64,000 nt of DNA. It comes from Dehalococcoidia bacterium. GTDB lineage: Bacteria; Chloroflexota; Dehalococcoidia; DSTF01; JACRBR01. The translations under genes and the position numbers were made by a program. Below are positions 49,925 to 60,837 of this stretch, in pieces; position 1 is the stretch's first letter; each line of letters starts with the position of its first letter. Under the pieces are notes generated by a model. The model was given only the letters and a program-made list of their open reading frames with translations. It was not told the origin of the DNA and did not search any database. Location of the stretch: contig JBGQBE010000001.1 in NCBI GenBank assembly GCA_041494685.1, positions 62,001 to 126,000 of the forward strand, written 5' to 3'.

Positions 49925-50010
49925 CCCCCAGTCAGGTGCGCTACCGGGCTGCGCTACGCCCCGAACGGGACGAATCGTAGCACGGCCGTCGTACCGCGCC
50001 AAACGCGGCG
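49925..50010 (-). repeat. tRNA-Pro 5'-half plus promoter duplicate
   Basis: 49925-49986 matches 48595-48655 with one indel; CGCGCCAAA.GCGGCG also shared further out. Confidence 0.9.
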
Positions 50011-50033
50011 CGTCGCCGGAAGCGCCGCTGCCC

Positions 50034-51629
50034 CTACCCCGCCAGTCGCTGCGCGCCGTCGGCGCCGGGTGCGGCGACCGGCGCGTACAGGCGGTAGCCG
50101 CCGCCGCCGCGCTTCGCCTCGTACATGGCGGCGTCGGCGTTGCGGAGCAGGGTCTCGGAATCGGCGCCGTCGCCCGGGTACGCGGCGATGCCGAGGCTCG
50201 CCGCGATCCGCGGCCCTTCGGGAGCGGCGGCGTCTTCGGCCAGCTGCCGCAGCACGCGCCCCGCGACCAGCGTCGCCTCGTCCACGCCGCTCATCGTCGG
50301 CAGCAGCAGCACGAACTCGTCGCCGCCGACGCGCGCGACCGTATCGCCTTCGCGCACCAGCGCCGCCAGCGTGTCCGCGATGTAACACAGCACCCTGTCG
50401 CCGGCTTCGTGCCCCTGCGTGTCGTTGATGTCCTTGAAGCCGTCGAGGTCGATGAACACCAGGCCGACCCCGTCGCCGCTGCGGTGCGCCTGCGCCAGGG
50501 CCTTGCCCAGGCGGCCCATCAGCACGGACCGCGTCGCCGCGCCGGTGAGCGGGTCGTGGAACGCCAGGTAGCGGATCTGCTCCTCGTCGCGCTTGCGCTC
50601 GGTGATGTCGCGCATGATGCGGACGGTGCCGACCCACTCGCCCCGGTGGTCGTACAGCTTCGACGTCGAGACGGTCGCCGTGCCCTGCATCCCGTCCGCC
50701 CGCCGGTAGTCCACTTCCAGCGAACACATCTCGGCGGGGTCGCCCAGCGGGTCGAACGGGTCGTCCGGCCAGCGCTCGTGCGCGTCCGCCCACGGCCTGC
50801 CGATCAGGCTCCGGTACGGGGCGCCCAGCAGATCGCCGGCCGCGCCGTTCGCGACGCGGATGACACCGTCGCGGTCGAACACCAGCAGGCCGTCGGCCAT
50901 CGTGTCGACGATCTGGCGCGCCGCCAACGCCGGCGTGATGTCGACGAGGCGGTCCTTCCACACCGCGCGCCCCGCCAGCAGGATGAAGGCGCTGATGAAG
51001 ACGTAGCCAAACGGATAGACCGGCACGCCGAACGCCGGCAGGAAATCGATGAGGGCGAAGTTGGCGATGAGCAGCGCGATCATGATCCGCTCCACGCGCC
51101 GGCGCTGCACGGCCGACTGCGTGTTTCTTGCCGTCGTCCGGTACAGGTGCATGCTCGCCGTCGTGAACACGGCAAAGTAGGCGAGGAGCAGCGCGCCCGG
51201 CCATCCGAGGGCCGGATAGTAACCCCAGGCATATCGATGCAGGCCGGTCACCAGCCAGTCCGTCAGGATGACGGGCGCGAACAGCGCGGCGCACACGAGC
51301 GCGGCCCACGGCCACGGGCTGCGCCAGCGCAGCGTGCGCGTGACGGACGCCGCGAAGACGTATTGTCCGGCGGGCAGGATCACGAGCCCCATGTGCTCTA
51401 TCCTCACCCACGTGAGCGCGACCGAGGCATCCGATGTCGAGTACACGCCGGCGAAGCTGAGCAGCCAGAGCGACGCGCCGAAGTTCAGCAGCCAGTAGCA
51501 GAGACCCACGGCCGAACCGCGTTCCCGTACCAGGATCGCGACGCCGAAGATCACGTTCATCACGCCGACGACGATCAGCGGCGCCGAGTACCAGCTGAAC
51601 GCATAGCTCGCCGGGTCGAAGAACCCCAT
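50034..51629 (-). CDS. 7TM-PAS-GGDEF diguanylate cyclase
   Basis: N-terminal 7TM region, PAS/PAC, AFHDPLTG, DLDGFKDIND, RVGGDEF. Confidence 0.93.
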   Translation of the reverse strand: MGFFDPASYAFSWYSAPLIVVGVMNVIFGVAILVRERGSAVGLCYWLLNFGASLWLLSFAGVYSTSDASVALTWVRIEHMGLVILPAGQYVFAASVTRTLRWRSPWPWAALVCAALFAPVILTDWLVTGLHRYAWGYYPALGWPGALLLAYFAVFTTASMHLYRTTARNTQSAVQRRRVERIMIALLIANFALIDFLPAFGVPVYPFGYVFISAFILLAGRAVWKDRLVDITPALAARQIVDTMADGLLVFDRDGVIRVANGAAGDLLGAPYRSLIGRPWADAHERWPDDPFDPLGDPAEMCSLEVDYRRADGMQGTATVSTSKLYDHRGEWVGTVRIMRDITERKRDEEQIRYLAFHDPLTGAATRSVLMGRLGKALAQAHRSGDGVGLVFIDLDGFKDINDTQGHEAGDRVLCYIADTLAALVREGDTVARVGGDEFVLLLPTMSGVDEATLVAGRVLRQLAEDAAAPEGPRIAASLGIAAYPGDGADSETLLRNADAAMYEAKRGGGGYRLYAPVAAPGADGAQRLAG

Positions 51630-51794
51630 CACAATCCCAGGCGCCGATGACGGCGCGGCTACCGGTGCGGGCCGCGTGGTCCACATCCGATGCGGGATTA
51701 TCGACACATACCGATGCGAATTGATGTGAATGTCGGGCTGCCGCGCACGAAGTTCAGCTCCGGGGCGAAGCGGCGCGAGCCTCCCGCGGCACGC

Positions 51795-53732
51795 TTACGC
51801 CGCCAGCGCCAGGTCGCGGTCGCCTTCGTCCAGCTCGGCCAGGAGGCCGCGCCGATGCAGCCGCACCAGCGCGGCGACGATCTTCGGGTGGAACTGCTGC
51901 CCCGACCAGGCGACGATCTCCGCCACCGCCTCGTCGGTCGAGCGGCCGCGGCGGTATGGACGGTCGCTGGTCAGCGCGTCGTAGCAGTCCGCGACCGCCA
52001 CGATCGCCGCCTGCTCCGGTATCGCCTCCCCGGCGAGGCCGTGGGGGTAGCCGCTGCCGTCCCATCGCTCGTGGTGCGCGCGCGCCACGAGCGCGGCCAG
52101 CTCCATGCCCGGGCGGCCGGCGAGGAACTCGGCGCCCCACAGCGGGTGGCGCTCCATCACCTCGCGCTCGCTTCTGCTGAGCGGAGCGGTGCTGGTCAGG
52201 ATTGACTTCGGCACCTGGATCTTGCCGACGTCGTGCAGCATCGCCGCCAGGCCCAGCGCGCGCGCGTCCGCGTCCGGGTACCCCAGCTCGCGGGCGACCG
52301 CCTCGCTCACCTGGCGCACGCGCTGCAGATGCACGCCGGTCGTGTGGTCGTGCGCCTCGGCCGCGGCGGCCAGCAGCACCACGGCGTCGTCGTGCGCCTG
52401 CATCAGCTCCGCGGTGGAGCCGGCCAGCTGGTCGACGAGCTGCGTCATGTGGACCAGCGCGGCCACCTGCGTCGCGATCGTCATGACGAACTCGGCGTCG
52501 CGCGGGCCGAAGGCAGCGGCGCGCTTGCTCGCCACGCCCAGCGTGCCGATGACCTCGCTGCCCCACAGCAGCGGCGCCACCATCGCGGAGGCCAGCCCGG
52601 CAACGGTGAGTATGCGGCGCTGGCCTTCCGTCAGCAGCGGGTCGTGCTCCGGATCGTCGAAGAACACCGGCCGGTGGGTGCGTGCCAGGATGGCATCGAC
52701 GGGATGCTGTACACGCCGGCCCGTCTCGACCTGCCACTCCTGGACCAGCGCAAGCGGCGCGCGCGATTTCGTGGCGTAGGTTGGGGCATCGGCGAGATGC
52801 GGATCGGCGATCTGGAAATCGACGGCGTCGTATCCGGCGTGCGCCGAGATGCGGTGCGCGACGGCGTCGAGCTTGTCGGCGAGATCCCCGGGCGAGGTGA
52901 GCAGCGGCACGATCTCGCGGAGCGCCGTCGCGATCGGGTCGCTGTGCTGCGCCCGTGCCGCCAGGCTGTCCGGGTGCACGGGCCGCCCGCGGCGCATCGC
53001 GTACATCGCGCTGTCGGCGATGCGTATCAGGTCGTCGACGCGCGCGGCCTCGGTGGGGAACATCGCGATACCGATGCTCACCGACATCCGCACGCGCGCG
53101 CCGGTCGGCGCGTCGCGCAGATCCTCCGCGTGCACCGCGGCGATCACGTCGTCGCAATATCGCGCGGCGCGCTCGCGGTCCGCGCCGGGCAGGATGGCGA
53201 CGAATTCGTCGCCGCCGTAGCGCCCGACGATCGCGGCGTCGCGCTGGAGCAGCCGGGCCACCCGCACGATTAACTCGTCGCCGGCCTGGTGCCCGTAGGT
53301 GTCGTTGACGTACTTGAGGTCGTCCACGTCGATCATCGTGACGGCGCACGTCTCGCCGCCGGCGATGGCATCGCAGAGCGCCTCGGTGATGGCGCCGTGG
53401 TTCAGGGTACCGGTGGGCGCGTCGCGCCTGCTCGCCTCTCGTTCGAGGGAGAGGGCGCGCTCGTTCACTTGCTTCTGCGTGCCCAGGACCCAGCCGGTCG
53501 GAGCCAGGACCAGCGGCGCGCAATCGATGATCCAGTACAGGCCGTCACGCATGTGCAACTGCCAGACGAGGTCCGGGGACACCTTGAGGTTAAAGAGGAA
53601 GATGCCGAGCACCCAGCCGATCAGCGGGAACACGGAGCCGAACGCGCCGGCACCGAGCGTGTACGCCACGACCGTGCGCGATGGTTCTGGGCGGGCTGAT
53701 TCCCGGCGTCGGGCCGCCGTGTTCTCGGACAT
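51795..53732 (-). CDS. GGDEF-GAF-HD-GYP c-di-GMP enzyme
   Basis: RYGGDEF; GAF (MVAPLLWG); HDVGK, HHERWDGSGYP. Confidence 0.92.
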   Translation of the reverse strand: MSENTAARRRESARPEPSRTVVAYTLGAGAFGSVFPLIGWVLGIFLFNLKVSPDLVWQLHMRDGLYWIIDCAPLVLAPTGWVLGTQKQVNERALSLEREASRRDAPTGTLNHGAITEALCDAIAGGETCAVTMIDVDDLKYVNDTYGHQAGDELIVRVARLLQRDAAIVGRYGGDEFVAILPGADRERAARYCDDVIAAVHAEDLRDAPTGARVRMSVSIGIAMFPTEAARVDDLIRIADSAMYAMRRGRPVHPDSLAARAQHSDPIATALREIVPLLTSPGDLADKLDAVAHRISAHAGYDAVDFQIADPHLADAPTYATKSRAPLALVQEWQVETGRRVQHPVDAILARTHRPVFFDDPEHDPLLTEGQRRILTVAGLASAMVAPLLWGSEVIGTLGVASKRAAAFGPRDAEFVMTIATQVAALVHMTQLVDQLAGSTAELMQAHDDAVVLLAAAAEAHDHTTGVHLQRVRQVSEAVARELGYPDADARALGLAAMLHDVGKIQVPKSILTSTAPLSRSEREVMERHPLWGAEFLAGRPGMELAALVARAHHERWDGSGYPHGLAGEAIPEQAAIVAVADCYDALTSDRPYRRGRSTDEAVAEIVAWSGQQFHPKIVAALVRLHRRGLLAELDEGDRDLALAA

Positions 53733-54013
53733 AGTGTAGTATCGCCAGCGCAAACCAACACTTGACAGGTTGCGAACAACTAGGCGCGACCGGCCACGAT
53801 CCTTCCGCATAGCTCGCTCGCTAGCTTCCGGTCGAAGCTGCGCCCGCGGTGCGAACGGCGGCCGATGGAGCCGGAAGGACCCTGCGATCGGCGTCCGCCG
53901 GGCGCTACGTTGAGCCAGATTATTGGAGGATTGTCATGCAACGCGCCGTGTCGCCCGCACGATCCCGCCGGCGCTCATCGCGCTCCTGCGCTGACCGCGC
54001 GGCCATCTCGCGA

Positions 54014-55450
54014 TCAACCGCCGCGCAGCCAGCGCAGCGCCCGTTGCACCGGGCGCAGCAGCCAGAGGTATTCGTGCTCCGCCCAGCGCGCCGCCTGACG
54101 CTCCCGCTCCCCTACCTCGATGGCGAGGCCGCGCCAGTGCGCGCCCCGCACCGCGTACAGCACGAAGCCGGCCAGCATCACCGCCGCGCCGATGGCCATC
54201 TGCGTCCGCGACGCCTGCGCCGAGAGGTACACCGCGCTCGCCGCCGCCAGCAGCAGCCAGACCTTCAGCCCCGGGATGCGCAGCGCCTGTTCCGGGTTCC
54301 GGCTGACGAGCCGCAGCGCCGCCAACGCGGTCAGCAGGTAGGCGACGCCGAGGAACAGCACCGCGATCGTGATCAGCCCGCCCAGGCCGAACAGCGTCGC
54401 GCCGATCAGCGCCGTGCCCGCCTGGAACGCCAGGCCGACGTGCGGCGTACCGAACCTCGGGTGGATGCTCGCGAACGGCCGCGGGAACAGACCGTCCGCC
54501 GCGAGCGCGTAGCTCAGCCGCGCCACGCCCAGCGTGAACGCCTCGTAGACGCCGGCGATCGACACCAGCGCGCCGATGCTCATGAACGTGCCGCCCGCGC
54601 CCGACGGTACGCCGAGCCCGTCGAGAATCGCCGTCATCGCCGCGGCGAGCGGGCTCGTCGAGCCGGCGGCTTCGCCCCACGGCAAGGCGGCGACGACGGT
54701 GAACGCCGTCAGCAGGTAGAAGACGGTGGCGACCAGCATGCCCAGGATCAGCCCCTGCGGCAGCGTGCGGCGCGGGTCGCGTACCTCGCCCGCCGGCAGC
54801 ACTGCCAGCTCGAATCCCGCGTACGCCCAGAAGATCGGCAGCACCGCGTGGCCGAAGCCGCCCCAGCCGAGCGGCGCGAACGGCTGCAGGTGGCCCGTCG
54901 CCAGGTGCGGACGGAACGCCGCGAACGCCAGCGCCAGCACGATCAGCACCGCCAGCGGCAGCAGCTTCGCGATCGCCAGCACGTCGTTGATGCTCGCACC
55001 CTTGCGGACACCCAGCAGGTTCGCGCCCGTGACGCCCGCGACCAGCGCGACCTTCACGGCCAGCGCCGCCGGGCCCGGCAGGCCGGGGACGATGTGCTCG
55101 AGGTAGTTGACGAAGGCCAGCGGAAACACCGGCAGCGCCACCCACTCGCCGACGTACAGCGCCCAACCGGCCAGGAATCCCGCCAGCGGCCCGAACGCCG
55201 AGCGCGCGTACGCGTACGGCCCACCGACGTCGGAGTCAATCGCCGCGCACTGCACGAACGCCAGCGCGATGACGCCCGCCAGCGCGCCCGCGGTGAGCCA
55301 CGCCACCAGCTGCGCCGGGCCCAGGAACTGCGCCCCCATCGACGCGACCACGTACACGTCGGCGCCGATCACCGCGCCGATCACGAGCAGCGTGAAGTCG
55401 AGACGGCCGAGATCCGGGCGGAACTGCGACGGGCGCTGCTCCATCATCAA
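54014..55450 (-). CDS. APC-family amino acid permease
   Basis: GAVIGADVY, GGPYAY, FWAYAGFE, P.RTLP, GLFP. Confidence 0.92.
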   Translation of the reverse strand: MMMEQRPSQFRPDLGRLDFTLLVIGAVIGADVYVVASMGAQFLGPAQLVAWLTAGALAGVIALAFVQCAAIDSDVGGPYAYARSAFGPLAGFLAGWALYVGEWVALPVFPLAFVNYLEHIVPGLPGPAALAVKVALVAGVTGANLLGVRKGASINDVLAIAKLLPLAVLIVLALAFAAFRPHLATGHLQPFAPLGWGGFGHAVLPIFWAYAGFELAVLPAGEVRDPRRTLPQGLILGMLVATVFYLLTAFTVVAALPWGEAAGSTSPLAAAMTAILDGLGVPSGAGGTFMSIGALVSIAGVYEAFTLGVARLSYALAADGLFPRPFASIHPRFGTPHVGLAFQAGTALIGATLFGLGGLITIAVLFLGVAYLLTALAALRLVSRNPEQALRIPGLKVWLLLAAASAVYLSAQASRTQMAIGAAVMLAGFVLYAVRGAHWRGLAIEVGERERQAARWAEHEYLWLLRPVQRALRWLRGG

Positions 55451-55590
55451 TCCGATCAGCGAACCGGGCGCGGCGCACCGGCGCTGCCATTATCGGAGAT
55501 AGCGGGAGCGGGCGCTGCGCGCCGGGACAAGAAGAAAAGCCGCCCGGTGCCGGCGGCCCTCCTATTCTGCTGCGTGCGCGATGCCGCGCG

Positions 55591-56166
55591 TCAGGCGGCC
55601 GCGGCCAGCGCGATCTGCTCCGGCGCGCCCCGGCGGTCGGCCAGCGCGATCAGCGCCGGCACATCGACGATCGAGACCAGGTACTCCGGCAGCTTGGCGA
55701 TCGCGACGATGAAGTCGTGCTCGCGCGCGCCGCAGGCCGACGCGTCGTCGATGTTCGCGCCGTCCACCATCATCACCTCCGTCACCGCGTCCACGACAAG
55801 GCCGAGGAATCCGCCGTTGTTCTCGACGACGACGATCCGCGTCTTATCGCCGACCTCGGTCGGCGCCATGCCCACCAGGTCCGTGAACGCCGCGACCGGG
55901 ATCACCCGCCCGCGCAGGTCCGTCATGCCGGCGATATACGGCGCGCTCGACGGGATCCGCGTGATCTCCTGCATCAGGATGATCTCCTGCACGATCTTTA
56001 TGTCGATGCCGAAGTAGCCGTTTGCCGACTTGAAGATCACCAGGTGGGCGTTCTGTCCCGCCTGGAAGAGCACCGGCGTCTCCCCCGCGGCGGCCTGCGC
56101 TGCGGCGACCTGCTCGACCGACACCGGCCCAGCCACGGCGGCCGTCGCGTTCTTCTTCGCTGCCAT
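55591..56166 (-). CDS. cheW: chemotaxis coupling protein CheW
   Basis: FGIDI..VQEI, TRIP, GMTDLRGRVIPV, GLVVDAVTEV. Confidence 0.93.
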   Translation of the reverse strand: MAAKKNATAAVAGPVSVEQVAAAQAAAGETPVLFQAGQNAHLVIFKSANGYFGIDIKIVQEIILMQEITRIPSSAPYIAGMTDLRGRVIPVAAFTDLVGMAPTEVGDKTRIVVVENNGGFLGLVVDAVTEVMMVDGANIDDASACGAREHDFIVAIAKLPEYLVSIVDVPALIALADRRGAPEQIALAAAA

Positions 56167-56237
56167 GATGATCGTCCCTTCTTGCACAACTCGCTGAGGG
56201 GCGGCGATGGCGCCGCCCCTCAGCGGTCAGGTTCCTG

Positions 56238-57881
56238 TCAGGCGGCCTGCTTGAACGCGTCGATCCGCTGCTTCTCCTGGAGCACGAGCACCAGGAACTC
56301 GTCCATGCCCTGCGCCTCGCGGCCCAGCGCGGCGGTTTTCTGCGCCATCTCGGAGATCTGGGCCGTCACTTCTTCGACGCCGGCCGAGACCTGTTCCGCC
56401 GCCGCCGCCGCCTGCTCGGCCTGCGCCGACGCGGTGCCCACGGAGTCGTTCACCTTCTGGCTGTTCTGGGTCATGGCGTCCGACGACACCTTCATCTCTC
56501 CGGCCACCGACGTCAGGTCGGTCATCGCCGTGTTCAGCTGCTCCGCTTGCGCGGTGATGTTCTTCGCCGCGTCCGCGATGCGCGCGATACCGCTGCTCAA
56601 CTGGACGTTCGTGGCCACGATCGACTGCATCGCCTCGCCGGCTTCGCCCGCCACGCCCATGCCCTTCTCCACGTCGGCGACGCCGGCCTGCATCGCCTGT
56701 ACGACCTCGGCCGTACCGGCCTGCACCGCGCTGATCAGCTGCGCGATCTGCTTCGACGACGACGCAGCCCGCTCCGCGAGCTTGCGCACCTCGTCCGCCA
56801 CGACCGCGAAGCCGCGTCCCTGCTCTCCCGCCCGCGCCGCCTCGATGGCCGCGTTCAGCGCCAGCAGGTTCGTCTGGCTGGCCACATCGTCGATCGTCTT
56901 GACGATGCCGCCGATCTCCTCGCCGCGCTCGCCGAGCTGCTCGACGCGCGCGGCCGCCTTGTTGACCGCATCGCGGATCGACTGCAGGCCGACGATCGTG
57001 TTCTCGACCGCCGACTGCCCCGAAGCCGCGCCGGCGCTTGCCGTGGCGGCCAGTTCGTTGGCGGCCTCCGCATCGCCGGTGATGGACTCGATGGCGCGCG
57101 TCACGCTGTCGGTGATCGTGGCACCCTGGGTCGCCGTCACCTCGGTCCGCTGCGCGGCCTGCGCCACTTCCCGGATCGACCCGCCGAGCTGCTTCATCTG
57201 CTCCGACGTGAAGGTCATGGCCTCGGTCTGGCGCGTGGCGCCCGTCGCGATCTCGTTGATCGCCTTCGCCATCTCCTGCGCCGCCTTGTCGATCTCGCTG
57301 GCGCCCGTCGTCAACTCGCTCGACGACGTGGTGACGGCGTCGCTTGTATTGATCAGGCGCTCCAGCATCGCGCCGAGGTACGCCTCAATGGCCAGGGTCA
57401 TGTCGAAGGTGAGCACCTTGTTCCACGCGAGCAGCGTGTTCATCAGCTTCTCGCCTTGCAGGTGCTTGAACAGCACCGGGTAGACCAGCGTGTAGTACAG
57501 GACGTACGAGCCCATGTTCCAGCGCGGCTCCACGCCCAGCACCAGGTGGCGCTCGCCGATCAGCAGGCGGTTGTCGATGTACTCCTCGTCGATCCGGCCC
57601 TGAAGCAGCGAACGGAAGTAGCCCTTCTGCGCGCCCTGCAGCCGCGCGCGGTTGGTGCCGCCGCGGTCCACGACCGACGTGAACTCACGGAACTGGAAGC
57701 TGAAGTCGTAGAATTCGGTGACGATCCGCTCCGCCTCGGGGTCGAGGAATGGCGCGCAGTCGCGGATCAACTGCATCTCCTCGTCGCTGATGTCGAGCCA
57801 CCGCTTGCGGAGCGAGACATCGCTCTGCGTGATGCCCAGCTTCTCCCGCATCTTCCTGGTGCTACCGTTGTTCGTTGCCAT
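56238..57881 (-). CDS. globin-coupled methyl-accepting chemotaxis protein (HemAT-like, soluble)
   Basis: Protoglobin pattern FYD...Q..YF..L...IGERH...[36 protein letters not shown]. Confidence 0.92.
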   Translation of the reverse strand: MATNNGSTRKMREKLGITQSDVSLRKRWLDISDEEMQLIRDCAPFLDPEAERIVTEFYDFSFQFREFTSVVDRGGTNRARLQGAQKGYFRSLLQGRIDEEYIDNRLLIGERHLVLGVEPRWNMGSYVLYYTLVYPVLFKHLQGEKLMNTLLAWNKVLTFDMTLAIEAYLGAMLERLINTSDAVTTSSSELTTGASEIDKAAQEMAKAINEIATGATRQTEAMTFTSEQMKQLGGSIREVAQAAQRTEVTATQGATITDSVTRAIESITGDAEAANELAATASAGAASGQSAVENTIVGLQSIRDAVNKAAARVEQLGERGEEIGGIVKTIDDVASQTNLLALNAAIEAARAGEQGRGFAVVADEVRKLAERAASSSKQIAQLISAVQAGTAEVVQAMQAGVADVEKGMGVAGEAGEAMQSIVATNVQLSSGIARIADAAKNITAQAEQLNTAMTDLTSVAGEMKVSSDAMTQNSQKVNDSVGTASAQAEQAAAAAEQVSAGVEEVTAQISEMAQKTAALGREAQGMDEFLVLVLQEKQRIDAFKQAA

Positions 57882-58015
57882 GATGCCCCCTCGTAATGAA
57901 ACCCCTGGCGATAATCTCGCGTCATGACGAATCTTCGCACCGGAGCGACGTGATACACATAGGGAAGTCGCTACTTCGCGTCTCTCACTGCTGAGAGCCG
58001 GTCGATAGTGACGCG

Positions 58016-59122
58016 TTAGTCCGCGACGCCGAGGAACAGCCGGTGCGTCGCGTCGATGATCGACGTCTCGTCGCCGGCGCGCAGCGCCTTGCCATACGTG
58101 TGGAACAGCCGCTTCACCAGCGCCTTCGTCACGTTGTCCAGCAGTTGCCGCTCGCGTGGATCCAGCGCGCCCGCGCGCTGGATCTCCGCCCGGCGCACGT
58201 CTTCCACGTGGCGGTAGAGCTGCTGCGCCGCCGCCGCGCCGTCGCCGTGATCGTGTGCCCATTGCCGCCGCGCGGCCGCCGTCGCGGCCACGGCAAGCTG
58301 CTCCCGCAGGTACAGCTCCGCCGGCGAAAGCACGTCGCCGCGCATCAGGCCCGCCAGGTCGGTCACGCGCGGCGACACGTCGGCCGGCCACGCGAAGCGC
58401 GGCATCGTCAGGTCGATGATCAGGCCGCTCGCGCGCGCGGCATCGACGACGGCCGACCGCATCGCGGGCGCCGGTTCGCCCTTGAACGCCAGCACCAGGC
58501 ACGCGCCGGACGCTGCCGCCGCCAGCTCTTCGACCGGCGCCGCCACCGCGTCCGCCGCGAACGCCGCCGCGATCGCCCGGCTGTGATGGCGGCTGAACAT
58601 GCGCACGTCGCCCACGCCAAGCGCCCGCGCTCGCCGGGCGAGATGCCCCGCCATGGCGCCCGCGCCGGCGATGCACATCCGCTCGGGCGCGTCCGCGCCC
58701 GCATGCCGCAGCGCCAGGTCGAGCTGCAGCCCGGCGTTACGCGCGTCGACGTCGACCGAGAGGCGCGCCTCGCGCCCGGCGGCGATGGCCGCGTCGCCGA
58801 ACGCCCGCAGCACGCCGGTCGTATCGGCGAACGCCGCCCGCACCTGCGCCAGCACGTCGATCTCGCCGACGACCAGCGAATCCGCGCCCGCCGCGACGAT
58901 CGCCAGGTGCTCCAGCGCCTGCCATGCCGAGAGCGCGGCCGCAGGAATATCACAGCGGTCGAAGGCGCGCTCGTCGGCGCTGTAGACCTCGACGCGCGTG
59001 CAGGTAGCGACGACGGCGAGGCCGGGCGCCGCGCAGAAGGCGCGCGCGGCCCGTTCGACGTCTTCAGCGGGCGAGGTCTTCAGCGACCATGCGCGCGCGA
59101 CGATCCGGTCCAACTGCTGCAC
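58016..59122 (-). CDS. hemA: glutamyl-tRNA reductase-like protein (divergent)
   Basis: [44 protein letters not shown]. Confidence 0.75.
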   Translation of the reverse strand: MQQLDRIVARAWSLKTSPAEDVERAARAFCAAPGLAVVATCTRVEVYSADERAFDRCDIPAAALSAWQALEHLAIVAAGADSLVVGEIDVLAQVRAAFADTTGVLRAFGDAAIAAGREARLSVDVDARNAGLQLDLALRHAGADAPERMCIAGAGAMAGHLARRARALGVGDVRMFSRHHSRAIAAAFAADAVAAPVEELAAAASGACLVLAFKGEPAPAMRSAVVDAARASGLIIDLTMPRFAWPADVSPRVTDLAGLMRGDVLSPAELYLREQLAVAATAAARRQWAHDHGDGAAAAQQLYRHVEDVRRAEIQRAGALDPRERQLLDNVTKALVKRLFHTYGKALRAGDETSIIDATHRLFLGVAD

Positions 59123-59285
59123 GCGATTTCGCTCCCCGCAACGACACGGTGCGCCGTCCGTCCGGCGCACTCGTCCGCGTAGAGTACGGCGTCACGAGTG
59201 CCATCTGGCATCAGGGGTTCACCGAAGGATCGGCGCCCTCACAGAACCGAGATACGTGCCGCAACGTGTTGACTGTGGGCGGGCG

Positions 59286-59320
59286 CAAGAAGAGGCGCCC
59301 CTCGCGGAGCGCCCCCTTCG
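59286..59320 (-). terminator. intrinsic terminator after the capsid gene
   Basis: On the - strand GGGGGCGCTCC-GCGA-GGGGCGCCTC then TTCTT. Confidence 0.65.
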
Positions 59321-59360
59321 CGGCGCAAGCGCCGCGTCCGACACCGCGCGGCCGCCACCC

Positions 59361-60248
59361 CTACGGCCGCACGCCCGTCAGCTTCGCCACCTTGATCGTG
59401 TTGAAGAGCGCGCTCGCCACGTACCACTTCACCCGCGTGCGCGTCGCGTCCTTCGTCTCCAGGCTGCCGATCGTCTCCACTTGCAGTCCGCCGGGCGCCG
59501 TCAGCCCCGCCAGCGCGCCCTCGCCCAGCTGCATCGCGTACACGGTCGAGCAGTCGGTGCTGGTACCCACCGTCTTCGCGTCGGAGATGTAGTCCGACAC
59601 GCCGATCGGCACGCCGTCGTAGAACTGGACCATCTGGCCGAACTCGTTGCGGTCGGTCTGCAGGAAGCTGCCCGTCGTGCGCGCGAGGTTGTTCAGCGTG
59701 CGCCGCGTGCGCTTGCTCATCAGCAGCAGCGCCGGCGGCCCGCCCTTCACGAGGTCGATCACTTCGTCCAGCTTCGCCAGCGTCAGCGTCGCGCCGTTCG
59801 CGCCCATCGTCGCCAGCTGGCCGCCAGTCGTCAGCTTGTCGATGCCGTCGAACGACTTGGCGTCCACGCTCGTGTCGCCGTTGAGGAAGGTGTCCTCGAA
59901 CTTCTGCTGCACCGCCTTCGCCCGCAGGCGGATCACCGACGCCTGCAGGTCCTGCACGTTGCTGCGCGTCGTCAGCAGGTAGTTGTCCACGTCCGCGTCG
60001 CCGCCGATGATCTTCAGCGTCGCCGTGATCTGCGAGAATGTCGGCGTGCCCTCTACCCAGGTGTCGCCGACGTCGAAGAACGCGGCGTTGGGGTTCGTGT
60101 TCTCGCGGTTGTACGTCAGCCCGTTGCCGGTGATCTCGATGAACGGGAGCACCTGCAGGATGGGCGAGTCCTGCACGATCGTCTCGATCACCCCCTGCAG
60201 GACGATGTCGTTCGAAAGCTTGGCGGCCTCCGCCAGCGTCAGTGCCAT
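59361..60248 (-). CDS. phage-type (HK97-like) major capsid protein
   Basis: GVIETI...SPIL..LPFIEI.G....YNRE, LKIIGGDADVD, FLNGD....SFDGI, SLETKDATRTRVKWY; GAGGAG RBS. Confidence 0.85.
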   Translation of the reverse strand: MALTLAEAAKLSNDIVLQGVIETIVQDSPILQVLPFIEITGNGLTYNRENTNPNAAFFDVGDTWVEGTPTFSQITATLKIIGGDADVDNYLLTTRSNVQDLQASVIRLRAKAVQQKFEDTFLNGDTSVDAKSFDGIDKLTTGGQLATMGANGATLTLAKLDEVIDLVKGGPPALLLMSKRTRRTLNNLARTTGSFLQTDRNEFGQMVQFYDGVPIGVSDYISDAKTVGTSTDCSTVYAMQLGEGALAGLTAPGGLQVETIGSLETKDATRTRVKWYVASALFNTIKVAKLTGVRP

Positions 60249-60321
60249 GGTCGTATCTCCTCACTCCCCCGCACGATGGCGGGGCTCCACTTCTCTCGAT
60301 GCTCCGCGCCGTGCCGCGCGG

Positions 60322-60837
60322 CTACTGCGGCGGGTGCGCCAGCCCGTAGCGGATCTTCTGCTCCGCCGTCATGCCGCGCAGGTCCGGCCCTGATCGCGGC
60401 GGCGCGCCTGCCGGCACCCGCCCTGCCTGCGCCTGCGACTCGATGTGCGCGCGCACCCGCCCTACCATGCTCCGCGCCGCCTCCACCGACGCATCGACCG
60501 CGTCGATGCTGTCGCCGGCGATCAGGTCGGCCGGCAGCGCGGGTTCCGTGCGCACCACCAGGTCGCGGTAGCGCTCGGCCGCGGCGCGCTGCCGCTCCGC
60601 CGCCTCGTCCAGTTGCGCCCGCAGCGCCGATGCCTCGGCGGCGGTCGCGGCCACCGCCTCGCTCTGCGCCGCCAGTTCGCCGCGCAGGCCGGCCGTCTCG
60701 GCCAGCGCCTGTTCGGCGCGCGCCGCGGCGTTCGCGGCGTCCGCCTGCAGCCGCTCTGCCTCGGCGCGCGCGTCCGCGAGTTGCTCCTGCAACGCCGCCA
60801 GTTCCTCCCCGTCCGGGGGTCTCCCGGGCTCCATCAT
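60322..60837 (-). CDS. capsid scaffold-like coiled-coil protein
   Basis: Ala/Glu coiled coil, LIAGDSI, C-terminal PAGAPPR...MTAEQKIRYGL; directly upstream of the capsid gene; GGAGGT RBS. Confidence 0.7.
   Translation of the reverse strand: MMEPGRPPDGEELAALQEQLADARAEAERLQADAANAAARAEQALAETAGLRGELAAQSEAVAATAAEASALRAQLDEAAERQRAAAERYRDLVVRTEPALPADLIAGDSIDAVDASVEAARSMVGRVRAHIESQAQAGRVPAGAPPRSGPDLRGMTAEQKIRYGLAHPPQ

Noticed and set aside
59130..59280. Riboswitch upstream of hemA
   Set aside because: Some hairpins, but no TPP, cobalamin or other aptamer consensus recognised.
59361..60837. Intact prophage
   Set aside because: Only two structural genes, flanked by host metabolic genes, with no att sites.
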